A program made the position numbers and the translations under genes. From NCBI RefSeq assembly GCF_004010195.1, contig NC_057718.1:99728730-99781864 (forward strand): a DNA stretch of 53,135 nucleotides. The letters are read 5' to 3'. Numbering within the stretch: the first letter of the stretch is position 1; every line of letters begins with the position of its first letter. The notes beneath the pieces were generated by a model. The model had not been told where the DNA came from. It searched no databases and saw only the letters and a program-made list of their open reading frames with translations. This DNA comes from Chiloscyllium plagiosum (Eukaryota). This document shows positions 36,834 through 48,493 of the stretch, one piece after another.

Positions 36834-37261
36834 AATACACAAACAATGTCTGCTGGAACAATGCATCTCTTGTGATTACAACAAACCATTGTACTGCTAC
36901 AGATCATTGTCAAGACTGCTTCACTGTGCAGTGTGGACTGATAGAGCATTGTGGTGAAACACATTGTAATTCATAGGATAGCTAATTGCTGACTAAACGA
37001 CTGTGCCACATCACAGATTGAAATCCAGCTGAGATTCATTCACTCCTGACCTTCCTTTAAATCAGGAAATTCCTCGGCTTTGTTAAGCTACGTAAGAAAT
37101 AAGGAATGTAAGGAGACTTACCCAAAACAGAGAGAAATCACTTACACCAGAGCTCACAGATAATGAAAACATCCACCCAGTTTATAATGTCGTTGTACAG
37201 AGGAAAATGTTATGATCTCTAAAGAGTGATGGGGAAGAAGCAGAGGAGTAGGAATCATCAA

Positions 37262-37564
37262 ATGGTTAGCACTGTTGCCTCACAGCGCCAGGGACCCAGG
37301 TTCGATTCCCACCTCGGGCGAATGACTGTGTGGAGTTTGCACATTCCTCCCGTGACTATGTGGGTTTCCTCTGGGTGCTCCGGTTTCCTCCCACAATCCA
37401 AAGACGTACAGGTTAGGTGAATTGGCCATGGTGTTACGTGCATTAGTCAGTGGAAAATATAGAGAAGGGGAATGAGTCTGGGTGGGTTACTATTCGGAGG
37501 GTCGGTGTGGACTTGTTGGGCCAAAGGGCCTGTTTCCATACTGTAGGGAATCTAATAAAAAAAA
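37262..37564 (+). mobile_element. HE1-type V-SINE, 5'-truncated
   Basis: V-domain and tail ending tctaataaaaaaaa. Confidence 0.88.
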
Positions 37565-38638
37565 CCTTCAAAAAGTGAACACAATAAAATGGTTAGCACC
37601 ATAGAGACCATTCAGTCCTCTTCACAGCTTCAGCTCATTCCTGAAGGGCTTTTGCCCAAAACATTGATTTTTCCTGCTCCTCAGATGCTGCCTGACCTGC
37701 TGTGCTTTTCCAGCACCGCTCTAACCTCCAGCATCTGCAGTCCTCACTTCTGTCTAGCTTCTCTCAAATACTGAGTGCAGCACAGTTAATAACGATTTCA
37801 GCCTCACACCATCAGCCATGTTATAGCCCATTTATAATGAGGCAGCAATGATGTTTAAGCTTTAAACTTGCAGAACAGCACACCATCCTCAGGAAGACCC
37901 TGTCATTTGTAATTTCACATTTAATTGTTTCAAACCTGCCACTCGGTGGTGGTGGTGGTGGTGGGTGGCAGGGGGGCGGTGTTGAGAAGCATCCATCGAG
38001 ACACAAACCCCCTTCCGCTTCTGGAAATGAATGACCGACACACCATGTAATTGGAGGAAGCATGGGGCCCCTCAGGTCCTGGGACTGGATGGCAAACTGT
38101 TAAAGTTTTGAGATGAGAGGAGAAAAACTTTAAAAAGTCAAAGGAGCTTTGTTGTTTATTTGTACACAGGGAGTGGTTCGCGTTTGGAATGAACTTCCAG
38201 AGGGAGTGGTGGATGCAGGTACATTTACAATGCTTTAGTAGATAATTAGATGAGTACATGAATAAGAAATGCCAAGGGCAGGAAGTTGGACTAGTTTAGT
38301 TTGGGATTATGATTGTTATGCACGGGTTGGTCTGAAGATGATGAAGGAGCAGCACTATGAAAGCTGTGATTTTAATTAAACCTATTAGACCATAACCTGG
38401 TGGCATGTGACTTCTGATTTTGTTCAAACAGTACAGCATTTTGACTCTTCCCCCACCATATTGTTCTAACAGCCCATTTTTCCATGGGGCACAGTAGAGT
38501 ACTGGGTTTAACAGTATAAGCTCCTGTTTACACACAATAATATCACTGGACAGTACTGGAAGCACTCATTATTAGAAGTAATACAGCCACATTATTGTTT
38601 TTGTATCTTGTTGCTTTTAGAGAAACACATGAGGTCAG

Positions 38639-38644
38639 TTTATT
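38639..38644 (-). promoter_or_regulatory. Probable mpc1 polyadenylation signal (AATAAA)
   Basis: + strand tttatt. It is followed on the - strand by a GU/U-rich element (atgtgtttct). Confidence 0.55.
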
Positions 38645-39089
38645 GCTTATGAATTGGATGCCTTTTAATTGACAGCTTGCCATGAGACATTACTTAAAAA
38701 AACCATTGATCTACCAACAAAATATTGATTGCAACACAAGGAAATATCCATGATCATATATTATTTCTTTCTAACTTTACTACACACTGATAAATAGTAC
38801 CAGTCGGTGTTCATTTCGAATGAGGAGTGGGAGGGGTGGAATATATAATGCATATTAAAAAGGCATGTATAATAATAATTTCTCATTTTAATTTAAGGCA
38901 ATTTTAGGAGATAATAAAACAAATTTGTTACAATTAATTACATCACAAAACACAGTTGGGATTAAATATGTTTGAAAGATTAGTCATCCAGGGTCCAAAG
39001 CCTTTTATGTGGAAACTTGTGCGTAAAAAACCCATCGTTGGTGACACATGGAAGTAATGAAGGAGTGCTTCAGGAGGTGTAGACTGATA

Positions 39090-39120
39090 TTACTCAGAAC
39101 GGTGCATCCGCTTCTGAGCA
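39090..39120 (-). CDS. mpc1: mpc1 probable last coding exon (5)
   Basis: Acceptor aatgtttctgttgatgcag, phase 2. Gives ...IKH(N)AQKRMHRSE* followed by a repeat-free ~450 nt stretch that ends at AATAAA. Confidence 0.65.
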
Positions 39121-39930
39121 CTGCATCAACAGAAACATTATCACTGATTAATACCATACAGCCGGCAAGCAGATTTGTACAAATTCAATTATCAACAGAT
39201 TGCTAGGAATTAATTTGTTTCTAAAATAATACCCCTTACCATCCTAATACACACACACACAAAATCCATCTCTCTGTAGACTGCACTCTTCAACTTCATG
39301 TATTCATCAAGGTAGAGGACATCAGCAATACTTTGTCCTTTCAATTCGGCCACCCAGTCATGACCAGTACCGAGTGCAAATGGGTAAATGGGATCTGAGC
39401 ATCTACACTGCAGCTGGAATCACAAAGACATCACGTCTAACTGGCAACCTTTATCATTTGTGTGACTTAATTCACAAGCACAATTTCATCATTTAAGAAA
39501 CACTTGGATAGGTACATGGATGGGACAGGTATGGAGGGATATGGACCAAATGTAGGCAATGGGTCTAGATTAATTGTCAAACCTGGGCAGCATGGACAAT
39601 GGGGCAGAGGGGCCTGTTTCCATGCTGTAAATCCCTATGACTCTAGAATTCCAAATAGCACAGAATCAGACACAAACGTCCTCCCAGGCAGCAGCCGAGG
39701 AGCAGGAGAATCATTGTTTCGAGCATACGCTCTTCATCAAGAATGAGGCTTGTGGGCCCAGGGGGCTGAAAGATTAATGGTAGGGGCTGGGGGTGTGGTC
39801 TGGGGGCAAGGTAGATGAAGGTGGGGGAGAAGGTGATAGGTCAGAGAGGAGGGTGGAGCAGATAGGTGGGAAGGAAAATGGACAGGTAGGACAGGTCAAG
39901 AGGGCAGTGCCGAGTTGGAAGGTTGGATCT

Positions 39931-41150
39931 GGTTAAAAAATCACTATTTGGAAGCACTATCTTTCGGAGTGCTGCTCCTTCATCAGGTGGTTGTGGAGCA
40001 GGACAAGAGAGAGAATTTATAGCAAAGTGTTACAGTGTCACTGAGCTAAAGTTTATTGAATATATCATTACATTTGTGAGAAGATTTGTAGCTCAGGTGC
40101 TCGTTGTTGTGGTTCTGTTCGCCGAGCTGGGTTGTGTTGCAGATGTTTCGTCCCCTGTCTAGGTGACATCCTCAGTGCTTGGGAGCCTCCTGTGAAGCGC
40201 TTCTGTGATCTTTCCTCCGGCATTTATAGTTATTTGTATCTGCCGCTTCCGGTTGTCAGTTCCAGCTGTCCACTGCAGTGGCCGATATATTGGGTCCAGG
40301 TCGATGTGTTTGTTGATTGAATCAATGGATGAGTGCCATGCCTCTAGGAATTCCCTGGCTGTTCTCTGTTTGGCTTGACCTATAATAGTAGTGTTGTCCC
40401 AGTCGAACTCATGTTGCTTGTCATCTGCGTGTGTGGCTACTAAGGATGGCTGGTCGTGTCGTTTCGTGGCTAGTTGGTGTTCATGGATACGGATCGTTAG
40501 CTGTCTTCCTGTTTGTCTGCACAAAACACTACATAGGACAAAACAGGAAGACAGCTAACGATCCGTATCCATGAACACCAACTAGCCACGAAACGACACG
40601 ACCAGCCATCCTTAGTAGCCACACACGCAGATGACAAGCAACATGAGTTCGACTGGGACAACACTACTATTATAGGACAAGCCAAACAGAGAACAGCCAG
40701 GGAATTCCTAGAGGCATGGCACTCATCCACAGATTCTATCAACAAACACATCGACCTGGACCCAATATACCGGCCACTGCAGCGGACAGCTAGAACTGAC
40801 AACCGGAAGTGGCAGAGACAAACTACTATAAATGCCAGAGGAAATAACACAGAAGCGCTTCACAGTAGGTTCCAAGCACTGAGGATGTCACCTAGACAGG
40901 GGACGAAATGTCTGCAACACAAAATCCCAACTCGGCAAACAGAACCACAACAATACATCATTACAACTCAGTGACACTGTAACCCTTTGGCTATAAATTC
41001 TGTCTCTCCTGGACCTGTTCCACAACCACCTGATAAAGATGCAGTGCTCCGAAAGCTAGTGCTTCCAAATAGACCTTTTGGACTATAACCTGGTGTTGCG
41101 TGATTTTTAACTTTGTCCACCCCAGTCCAACATTGGCACCTCCACATCAT
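39931..41150. mobile_element. Nested PLE palindrome (GIY-YIG-bearing element inside a hairpin-type PLE)
   Basis: Inner arms ~40103-40514 and 40541-40953 encode QTGRQLTIRIHEH...AREFLEAWHS. TSD ta(t/c)atcattaca. Outer arms ~39945-40045 and 40967-41071. Confidence 0.9.
40139..40178 (-). ncRNA. Hammerhead-ribozyme-like motif (mirror copy on + at ~40877-40916)
   Basis: GCA-CTGAGGA-TGTCACCTAGACAGGGGAC-GAAAC-ATC-TGC. Confidence 0.65.
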
Positions 41151-42786
41151 GACTGGATCTGGGACAAGGTGGTGGTGGTGCTGAAATCCACATTGGTCCC
41201 ATGTGGTTGGAGGGTCCCAAGGCAGAAGAGGAGTTCTTCCTCCAGACGTCGGGTGGTGGGGGTTTAGCAATGGAGGTGGCCCAGGACCTGCATGATGCAC
41301 ATCCTTTTCCAGCACACACATTTGACTGATCTCCAGCAACTGTAGTCCTCATTTTCTCACAGATCTCCTTCCAGCCAAGTGTGTCCAATCGCTGAAGAAT
41401 TTCTCCATTACTAGGGTAACCACGTGACCTCACTGAGGTTACCCCTTGTGTTCCATTGGCAACAAAGCTGAAGGCACCCAGCAATGAGTACAAACAGCAG
41501 ACACATGCTCAAATGGTGGGATGGTTCACCAGCTCCCAGAACCCCAAGACCCACGTGTGCAGCTGAATACTCCCTTGACCCCCTCAGGGAAGACCCACCA
41601 GTCAAAAGGTTAGGACACAGACTGAAATTTGTTTGTTTTGTTGTCCAAAAGGATTGAGAACCAGACTAAAGTTTGCCCATGTTAAAAATTTCTTCATTAC
41701 ACAAGCCACAGAAGGTAAAGCTCTGAAGATAACGAACAGGCCGGATGAATTGCAAGACAACGCTGTGTTAAGAATTAAACTCTGCTTTCTGAATTGAGCA
41801 GTAGTGGTACACATAGATTCTCCCACATTACTGGAAACAGGAGATTAACTAACTAACAGTTTTGGAAGAATCTAAAACCAAACATGCCAAACCAATACAA
41901 GGTCAGTTTGGTACGCAAAATGCAAGGAAGATGTGCAAACACTGATGGCAGAATATGGAACAACCAGAAATTTAGTATCAAGAGATGAAGACTGGGATAA
42001 ACTCAAAACCTATTACCCTGGAAGGAGGCAGGGTGAATGGTACGGACAAGAATATTTCTGCACACTGAATAGTTGGAAGAGGTCAAATTAAGTTTACGAG
42101 TGGTCATGAGGAAACCCTTCAGACAGAAAGCCAGCACCACTTCAAATGCAACATCCAAGTAAAGCTTGGATGTACTTAATGAGCATCTAACTAATATACA
42201 TTTCAAATGACTCCCTTACACATTATTGTAGATTTTAACATGAACTGTAACCCCAATGCCCTGGATTGCTTTATTGCAGATGAACAATGTATGAAGGAAA
42301 TGTAGAAATTTAACCATTTTAATAACTAAAAGTAGGAATCTAAAACACAGGGACAGAGTCTCAGGATAAGACACTAGTGAAGTAATTTCTCCAAAAGGGT
42401 AGAGAATTCGACAGATTCGCAATTTGAGAGGGTTTTAAATGTGCCATTATTCATACTTAAGGATGGTATAGAATGTTTTTTGGTCTCTTGGGATTTATGG
42501 GAAGTGGGTGGGCAATGTAGTTGAAACTCAAGATCAGCCATGGTCATAGTGATGGGAGAGCAGACCATGTGTTCTACCTGTGCTCGATTCTTCTGAAAAA
42601 CTTACTGACTTCACCAAATTACTTTGCTTGTGTAGGAGAAGGCAGCTGCTAAAGAAACCATGCAGAAAGCGAGTTGAAAGACACGGGTTGTAAACAGGTT
42701 TGATCTCGCATGCACTCACTGATTCTAGGCTTTACAATCACTACTCCACCCCAGCATGAAACAGCCAGTGTTTTACAAAATAACAC

Positions 42787-43136
42787 GGGTGGCACGGTGG
42801 CTTAGTGGTTAGCACCACTGCCTCACAGTGCCAAGGACCCTGGTTCGATTCCCACCTTGGGCGACTATCTGTGAGGAGCTTGCATGTTCTCCCCGTGTCT
42901 GCGCAGGTTTCCCCCGGGTACTCTGGTTTCCTCCCACAGTCCAAAGATGTGCAGGTCAGGTGAACTGGCCATGGGCAATTGCCCATATTGTTTAGGGAAG
43001 TGTAGGTTAGGAGCATTAGTCAGGGGTAAATGTAGAGTAACAAGGGAATGGATCTGGGTGGGACACTGTACGGAAGATCGGTACGGAGTGGTTGGGCCGA
43101 AGGGCCTGTTTCCACACTGCAGGGATTCTATGTTCT
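42787..43136 (+). mobile_element. HE1-type V-SINE (mpc1 intron 4)
   Basis: Full head, V-domain and tail. Confidence 0.88.
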
Positions 43137-43416
43137 GAAAATACTCTGGAGATAAGAGGACATCAGTTGTGTCAATGGCTCCTCAATTCTGCTTTTATTC
43201 CTGCAGCCTCTTCCGTTCTAAAATCATGAATGCTTCTCATGATGCACTATCCAGTGTAAGTTGATGCAAGCTTCACCATCTTCTTTCTCAAATTCACACA
43301 CGTGCAGTCTGAAGCTGACTCTTTTACAACAACAGCATAACTCCCAAAGGCAACCCAGGCTGGCCATAGAGTTTAGCGTCTAACCCAAAATTGTTTGCAT
43401 AAACAGTGGGACTTAC

Positions 43417-43549
43417 TTGTGCTTGATCAGCCGACATCCCTGAATGATCTGTGCACTTTCATTCGTGAAGTGACAGGCAAACAAGAGCCAATTCCTGGGC
43501 TGGACCTTGTATGCAAACCGCATGAACAGCAGAGAGTAGCAACACAATG
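43417..43549 (-). CDS. mpc1: Mitochondrial pyruvate carrier 1, exon 4 (133 nt)
   Basis: Acceptor gtattctctcctgcag, donor CAA|gtaagt. (A)[43 protein letters not shown]. Confidence 0.97.
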
Positions 43550-43869
43550 CTGCAGGAGAGAATACAGACAGGTCATTTCGTACGAAGGTTGGTCAACACA
43601 TAAAAAGGCGCCACAATGATCAAGGTTAGACCAAACCGCAACAAGCAAATGCAATACCCTTATTTGTTTACATCGCACAGAACAAAGCTTAAGATAGACG
43701 GCCAGGTGATTTTGAAGTTATTTAAAGTCAGTGCAACTTGTAAAAGTAGTAGACAGATGATTAAAATATTAGCTCATTGTGAAATGCAAAAGGTGCATCA
43801 TCCTGCTCAAACATTGTTCAATAACATCCTGAGTACAAGAAAACATGTGGACCAGAGAATTGTTATCAA

Positions 43870-44553
43870 CAGCCACACACTCAGTGTATGGAGTATAGGA
43901 GTTGGGAGGACATGTCATGTTTGTACAGGACATTGGCGAGGCCACTTTTAGAACACTGCATTCAATCTGGTCTCCTTGCTATGAAAAAGAGGTTGTTAAC
44001 TTGAAAGGATTCAGAAAGGATTTATAGAGTCATAGCATGGAAACAGACCCTTCCGTCCAACTCGTCCATGCCTACCAGATATCCCAACGTAATCTAGTCC
44101 CATCTGCCTTGGGATTGGAGGGTTTGGGCTATAGGGAGAGGCTGAGTAGGCTAGGGCTGCTTTCCTTGGAGTGTCGGAAGCTGAGGGGGGACCTTATAGA
44201 GGCTTATAAAATCATGAGGGGCATGGATAGGATGAATAGACAAGGACTTCTTCCCAGGGTATGGAAGTCCAAAACTGGATGGCACAGATTTAAGGTGAGG
44301 GGGGAAAGATTTAGAAGGGATCTGAGGGGTAACTTCGTCACACAGAGGGTGGTGCGTGCATGGAACGAGCTGCCAGAAGAACTGGTGGCAGCTGGTACAA
44401 AGACAACATTTAAAAGGCATCTGGATGAATACATGAAAAGGAAGGGCCTAAAAGGGATGTGAGCCAAATGGGACTAGATTAATTTAGGATATCTTGCTGG
44501 CACAGACGAGTTCGACCGAAGGGTCTGCTTCTGTGTACAGCTCTATGACTCTA
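43870..44553 (+). mobile_element. CR1 LINE 3' fragment with a short inverted CR1 tail inserted (~44025-44105)
   Basis: LGYRERLSRLGLLSLECRKLRGDLIEAYKIMRG...WNELP. Confidence 0.88.
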
Positions 44554-46363
44554 CCCAGGATTCAACTTCAAAAGTTAAGAAGTGTGGAATAGAGAAATAC
44601 AAGTAATTTGGAAGGAAAATTCCATCGGTGTACAAAGAAACTGTACACAGAAAGCGTCAGACATTTTCATATAAACCCATGGGAGGCATTCACACACAAG
44701 TGGGATCTTAGCCTTAGTTCCAGAAAACTGCCAGTGATTACTGAATTAGAAAAATGTGGAAACTGCAGGGAAAAAAAAATCTTAGAGTGGAGTAACACTC
44801 CTAAGAGGTACAGAAAAATTCCAAAAAGGTTTATGTTCAAAACTAATAACAATGCTTTAACAAATATCCTCATCAATAGTTACCAAGATGAATTGCTGCT
44901 AATTGGATAAATGAAATAATAATTGGTTAAAAAATGGCTTTTTTGCAAATTTGATTTGATTGTCCCACACGATAGTTTTGCAAAATAGCCGTCTTCCTTT
45001 ACCTCTAAGCTCATAGCAAAATAAGACAATGATCATAGGATCACAGCATTGTTACAATACAGAAGGCCATTTGATCCATCACATCAGTGCTGGTTCTCCC
45101 AATTCACCCACTGCAATGAGTTCCGGGCTCCCCACTTCTCTCTGGTTGGTAATATTTCTCAGCTCACTTCTAACCCTTCCACCAACCAGTATCTGCAGCT
45201 TGATCCAAGGCCATAAACAAAAATAACCCACATACCACATGTGCAATCTGGCTACTGATAGATAGGGAATAAACAAACTTGTCAAATATTACACTCAGCT
45301 CAGTAATGACAAAGATGAGTGTATCAGTCGAAATTAAAGGTATCTAAAGAGCAGTAAACCTCTTGGGCACGCAGCCTATAAGATTCCAACTCATTGATGA
45401 TGAATCAAATAAAATCACTCATTTTAAAGGGGTGTAGAGAACTGAAGTGCATCTAAAGTACTAATGCGGTTTAATATGGGTAACGTGGATGGAGAAAACG
45501 CATGAGGGACAATCTTTCCAGTGAGTTATTACATTATTCCCAGTGTGTCACAAAAGAACAATTTACTTTCAACTGATTTGAAATAAAACACATCTACAAG
45601 ATACTGAAGAGAAGTATTTAATGGCAACCATTTACTTACCCTGAGCTAGTGTTTGACAGGCTGTTGTGACACAGTGGTAGTGTACCTACTTTTTGGCCAG
45701 AAGGTCTGAATGAGTCCCACTAGCCCGGGATGGACAATAACATGTCCCATTATGTTGAATAAAAATATTTTAAAACGATACTGACACATCTAGGAACCTG
45801 CATGTGTACAGAAATACTTGATTACCAAGGGAACACTGGCAGGTCAATAGATTTACATGCTTTGTCCAAGACTTCTCAAGGAAGCAAAGTCACCATGGAG
45901 TGGGAGCAAAGCAGTGCCACTTCCTCAGGAAAAAAAATCAGCAAAAAATAAAACGGATCAATTTTCCCACTCCATCGGGTCATCATTGAGTGTGGCTCTG
46001 GTAGAGAGATGGCCTCAAATCTTAGCTCCCTGCAGGGAAACCCTAAGAGATCATAAAGTGGTTGGTAGACCATTTGTAGGTTTAGAAATTGCTACATTTC
46101 TGAATATCCTGTTTTAGTTGATGCGTACAAGTTTAAAAGACCAAGTCTTGGATAGTCCCCTTGGAACCATCGAACCATTATTAATGAAGGTACTAGTATG
46201 TTCTGCCCTTTGTCCTTCCAATGTTCCTAAATGGACACTACTGCAGATTGTGAATTCATCACCTTCAAATAAATAGCTGGCCAAATGAGATTTACCAGAG
46301 ATTCAGAGTGGCATTATTTGCTCACTGCAACAGCACACAAAGCTTTAAGCTGCCTTGACTTAC

Positions 46364-46460
46364 CAAATGTCATCCTGCCACTAATAATCTCTGGAGTTTT
46401 CTTCATATCATTGAAAGCAGCGATGGGCAGCCCCCAGTTAGCAACAGGGCCCCAAAAATG
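46364..46460 (-). CDS. mpc1: Mitochondrial pyruvate carrier 1, exon 3 (97 nt)
   Basis: Acceptor ttcccatttcatag, donor TTG|gtaagt. [32 protein letters not shown] is near-identical to vertebrate MPC1. Confidence 0.97.
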
Positions 46461-47456
46461 CTATGAAATGGGAAGAAAGTAAAAAGGAGAGTCAAACTTA
46501 AATGAGAGCTTTCTTTAGTTTCACAATTAGAAAAAGCTAAAGTTCATTAATAGACTTGCACTTCTTTGAAGCAAAGCAACATCTTTTACAACTCTAGATT
46601 CTCACCCTTTCACAGAAAAGCAGAAAGACAGACAGTATGCTAGCCCAACAGATTTTGCTGTTAGTTGTTTATATAAAGCAGGCGAAAGCCCTCAGGTTCA
46701 TATGCATGATGGTGGGAAGAGAGGGCAGTGCAACTTGTTGTAAGGCAGGATATGGGTGGAAGAGATTCAGGGGTAAGATTACGGAAGGTGAAACAGCAAT
46801 CGGTATAGACCTGGAACAGTCAGATCTAAGGTTAACAGTGGCATGGGTGAAGGAAGAACTGATTTACTTTGCTGACGGTTCTGTATGAATTTACCAAAAT
46901 TACAGCTGGTTCATATCGGAGTAAAATCTGGAAGCACCACATCACACAAAAAGGTCATCTGAACTGTTGCCTGCCGATGACGGATCAAACATTGCTCCCA
47001 ACGCTCCAATCATTTTTGTTTGGAGATATTAAAAGATTTGGGACTAATCCATTAGAATGGGGTCAAGGGGCAGATTGAACTGGTGCAACCAGAATGCAGA
47101 ATCCCCTCCTGTGGTTTCTCTTGAATCCATAGCTCAGTACCCAGACGTCGAGACTGTGAGGCGCCGTACCCATTCATTAGTTGCTGAATTGCCAGCGAGT
47201 TCATTCACCTCACAAAACACAGCCACTGTTGACCAACAAAACACCGCTGCACGTGAGGATCAAGCAAACTGCAACTTCAATACACTTGCTTGTCATCACG
47301 CTATTTGTACTGGATGGAGGGTGCAGAGTGAAGCAGATATAGTTTAGGCACCTCATTTACCAGATGTGAATATTGCCTGGAGTTAAGTGAAATCATAATT
47401 GAGAAAACTTACAGCAGAAGTGATTAAGCAATGCATTTAAAATTACTAAGACTTAC

Positions 47457-47460
47457 TGTG
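47457..47460 (-). CDS. mpc1: mpc1 exon 2, 4-nt microexon (CACA)
   Basis: Minus strand reads ttatcag|CACA|gtaagt, with a pyrimidine tract further upstream. It supplies the end of Ser and the Thr codon of 'MSTHFWG'. Human MPC1 also has a 4-nt exon 2. Confidence 0.85.
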
Positions 47461-48315
47461 CTGATAAATGATCAGTCCATGTGAAGTTTGCGTGCAGGGA
47501 AAGAGAAAAAAGATAATTAATTTTTTTTTGTAATGTAAAATTGCTCAGTAATATTGTAAACTCTACACTCCATTCCAAAATCTGGGCAGTTGGTTGAGGG
47601 TGTGCACTGTGCATGTGCCTGAAACAAGTTTCTACACAACACACTCTTAGAAGAGCCGGTCACCTCCAGAGTTCCCTACAGGTTCTGCGTGTGATCCTTC
47701 AAATTTCCTTTTAGGACGGCTTTGAAGAGGAGGAATGATTTTGATCCTCAGCAACTTCGGGAAAAACTTATGAATGAGGCAACAGCATTAAGCACAGCTT
47801 CTTCCAAGCTGCTGACTGACCAAAGCAGCTACAGCACAGAACTCAAATTAAGGAGTTTTGGCGCCTGTATTTGCTGGGGTTTGAAAGTCATTTGAACCAG
47901 GGAGATTTTTATTTAAAAAGACAATCTTGCGTGCTCGGAAACTTCTGCAAACATTCTTTCAAAACGACAATCAATAAAATTAGACTACATTCCAACACAA
48001 AAAAAATTAATGAATGCAAAATGTTACTTTACTAATATTCCAGTCCAAAACACAAAATGTAAAACGATGATAATTTCACTCTATAAACAGCATAACACAA
48101 ATGATCCCTTATTTTGTACACAAACCAGATTTCTTTCAGAAAAGTTAACTTAAGAAGTCAACTTGATTACTAATAATATTCAATACACACTAACAGTTAA
48201 CCAGGCCAGGGAAACAGGTCAACATCACCCACGTGAGAACATAAATTAGAATTAACTTTATTGCCATATATATGCAAACGAGTACAATGAAAAGTTTATA
48301 CGTTGCCACTTACAG

Positions 48316-48493
48316 AGCTAGCATTGATAAAACATGGAGATGGAAAGGCACAGCAGGTCAGACAGCATCCGAGAAGCAGAAGAGTCACGTTTCATTAGGA
48401 CTGATGAAGGGTCCTGACCCAAAACATTGACTTTCTTGCTCCTCTGATGCTGCCTGACCTGCTGTGCCCTTCCAGCTCCTCATTTTATCAACT
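48316..48493. mobile_element. Miniature PLE-derived hairpin element (second family)
   Basis: Inverted arms ttgataaaa...cagcaggtcag / ctgacctgctg...ttttatcaa. Flanking direct repeat ccacttacag at 48306-48315 and 48494-48503. Confidence 0.75.

Noticed and set aside
41602..41830. Alternative mpc1 last exon giving a 75-aa extension
   Set aside because: It is far longer than known MPC1 tails and has no similarity to them. The 39090-39120 exon fits the expected size and has a poly(A) signal.
42636..42697. + strand AG...GT bounded segment
   Set aside because: It has stops in all three frames and is antisense within an mpc1 intron.
43395..43678. ORF-track proteins 43395-43619 (+) and 43427-43678 (-)
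   Set aside because: They are shadow frames of mpc1 exon 4.
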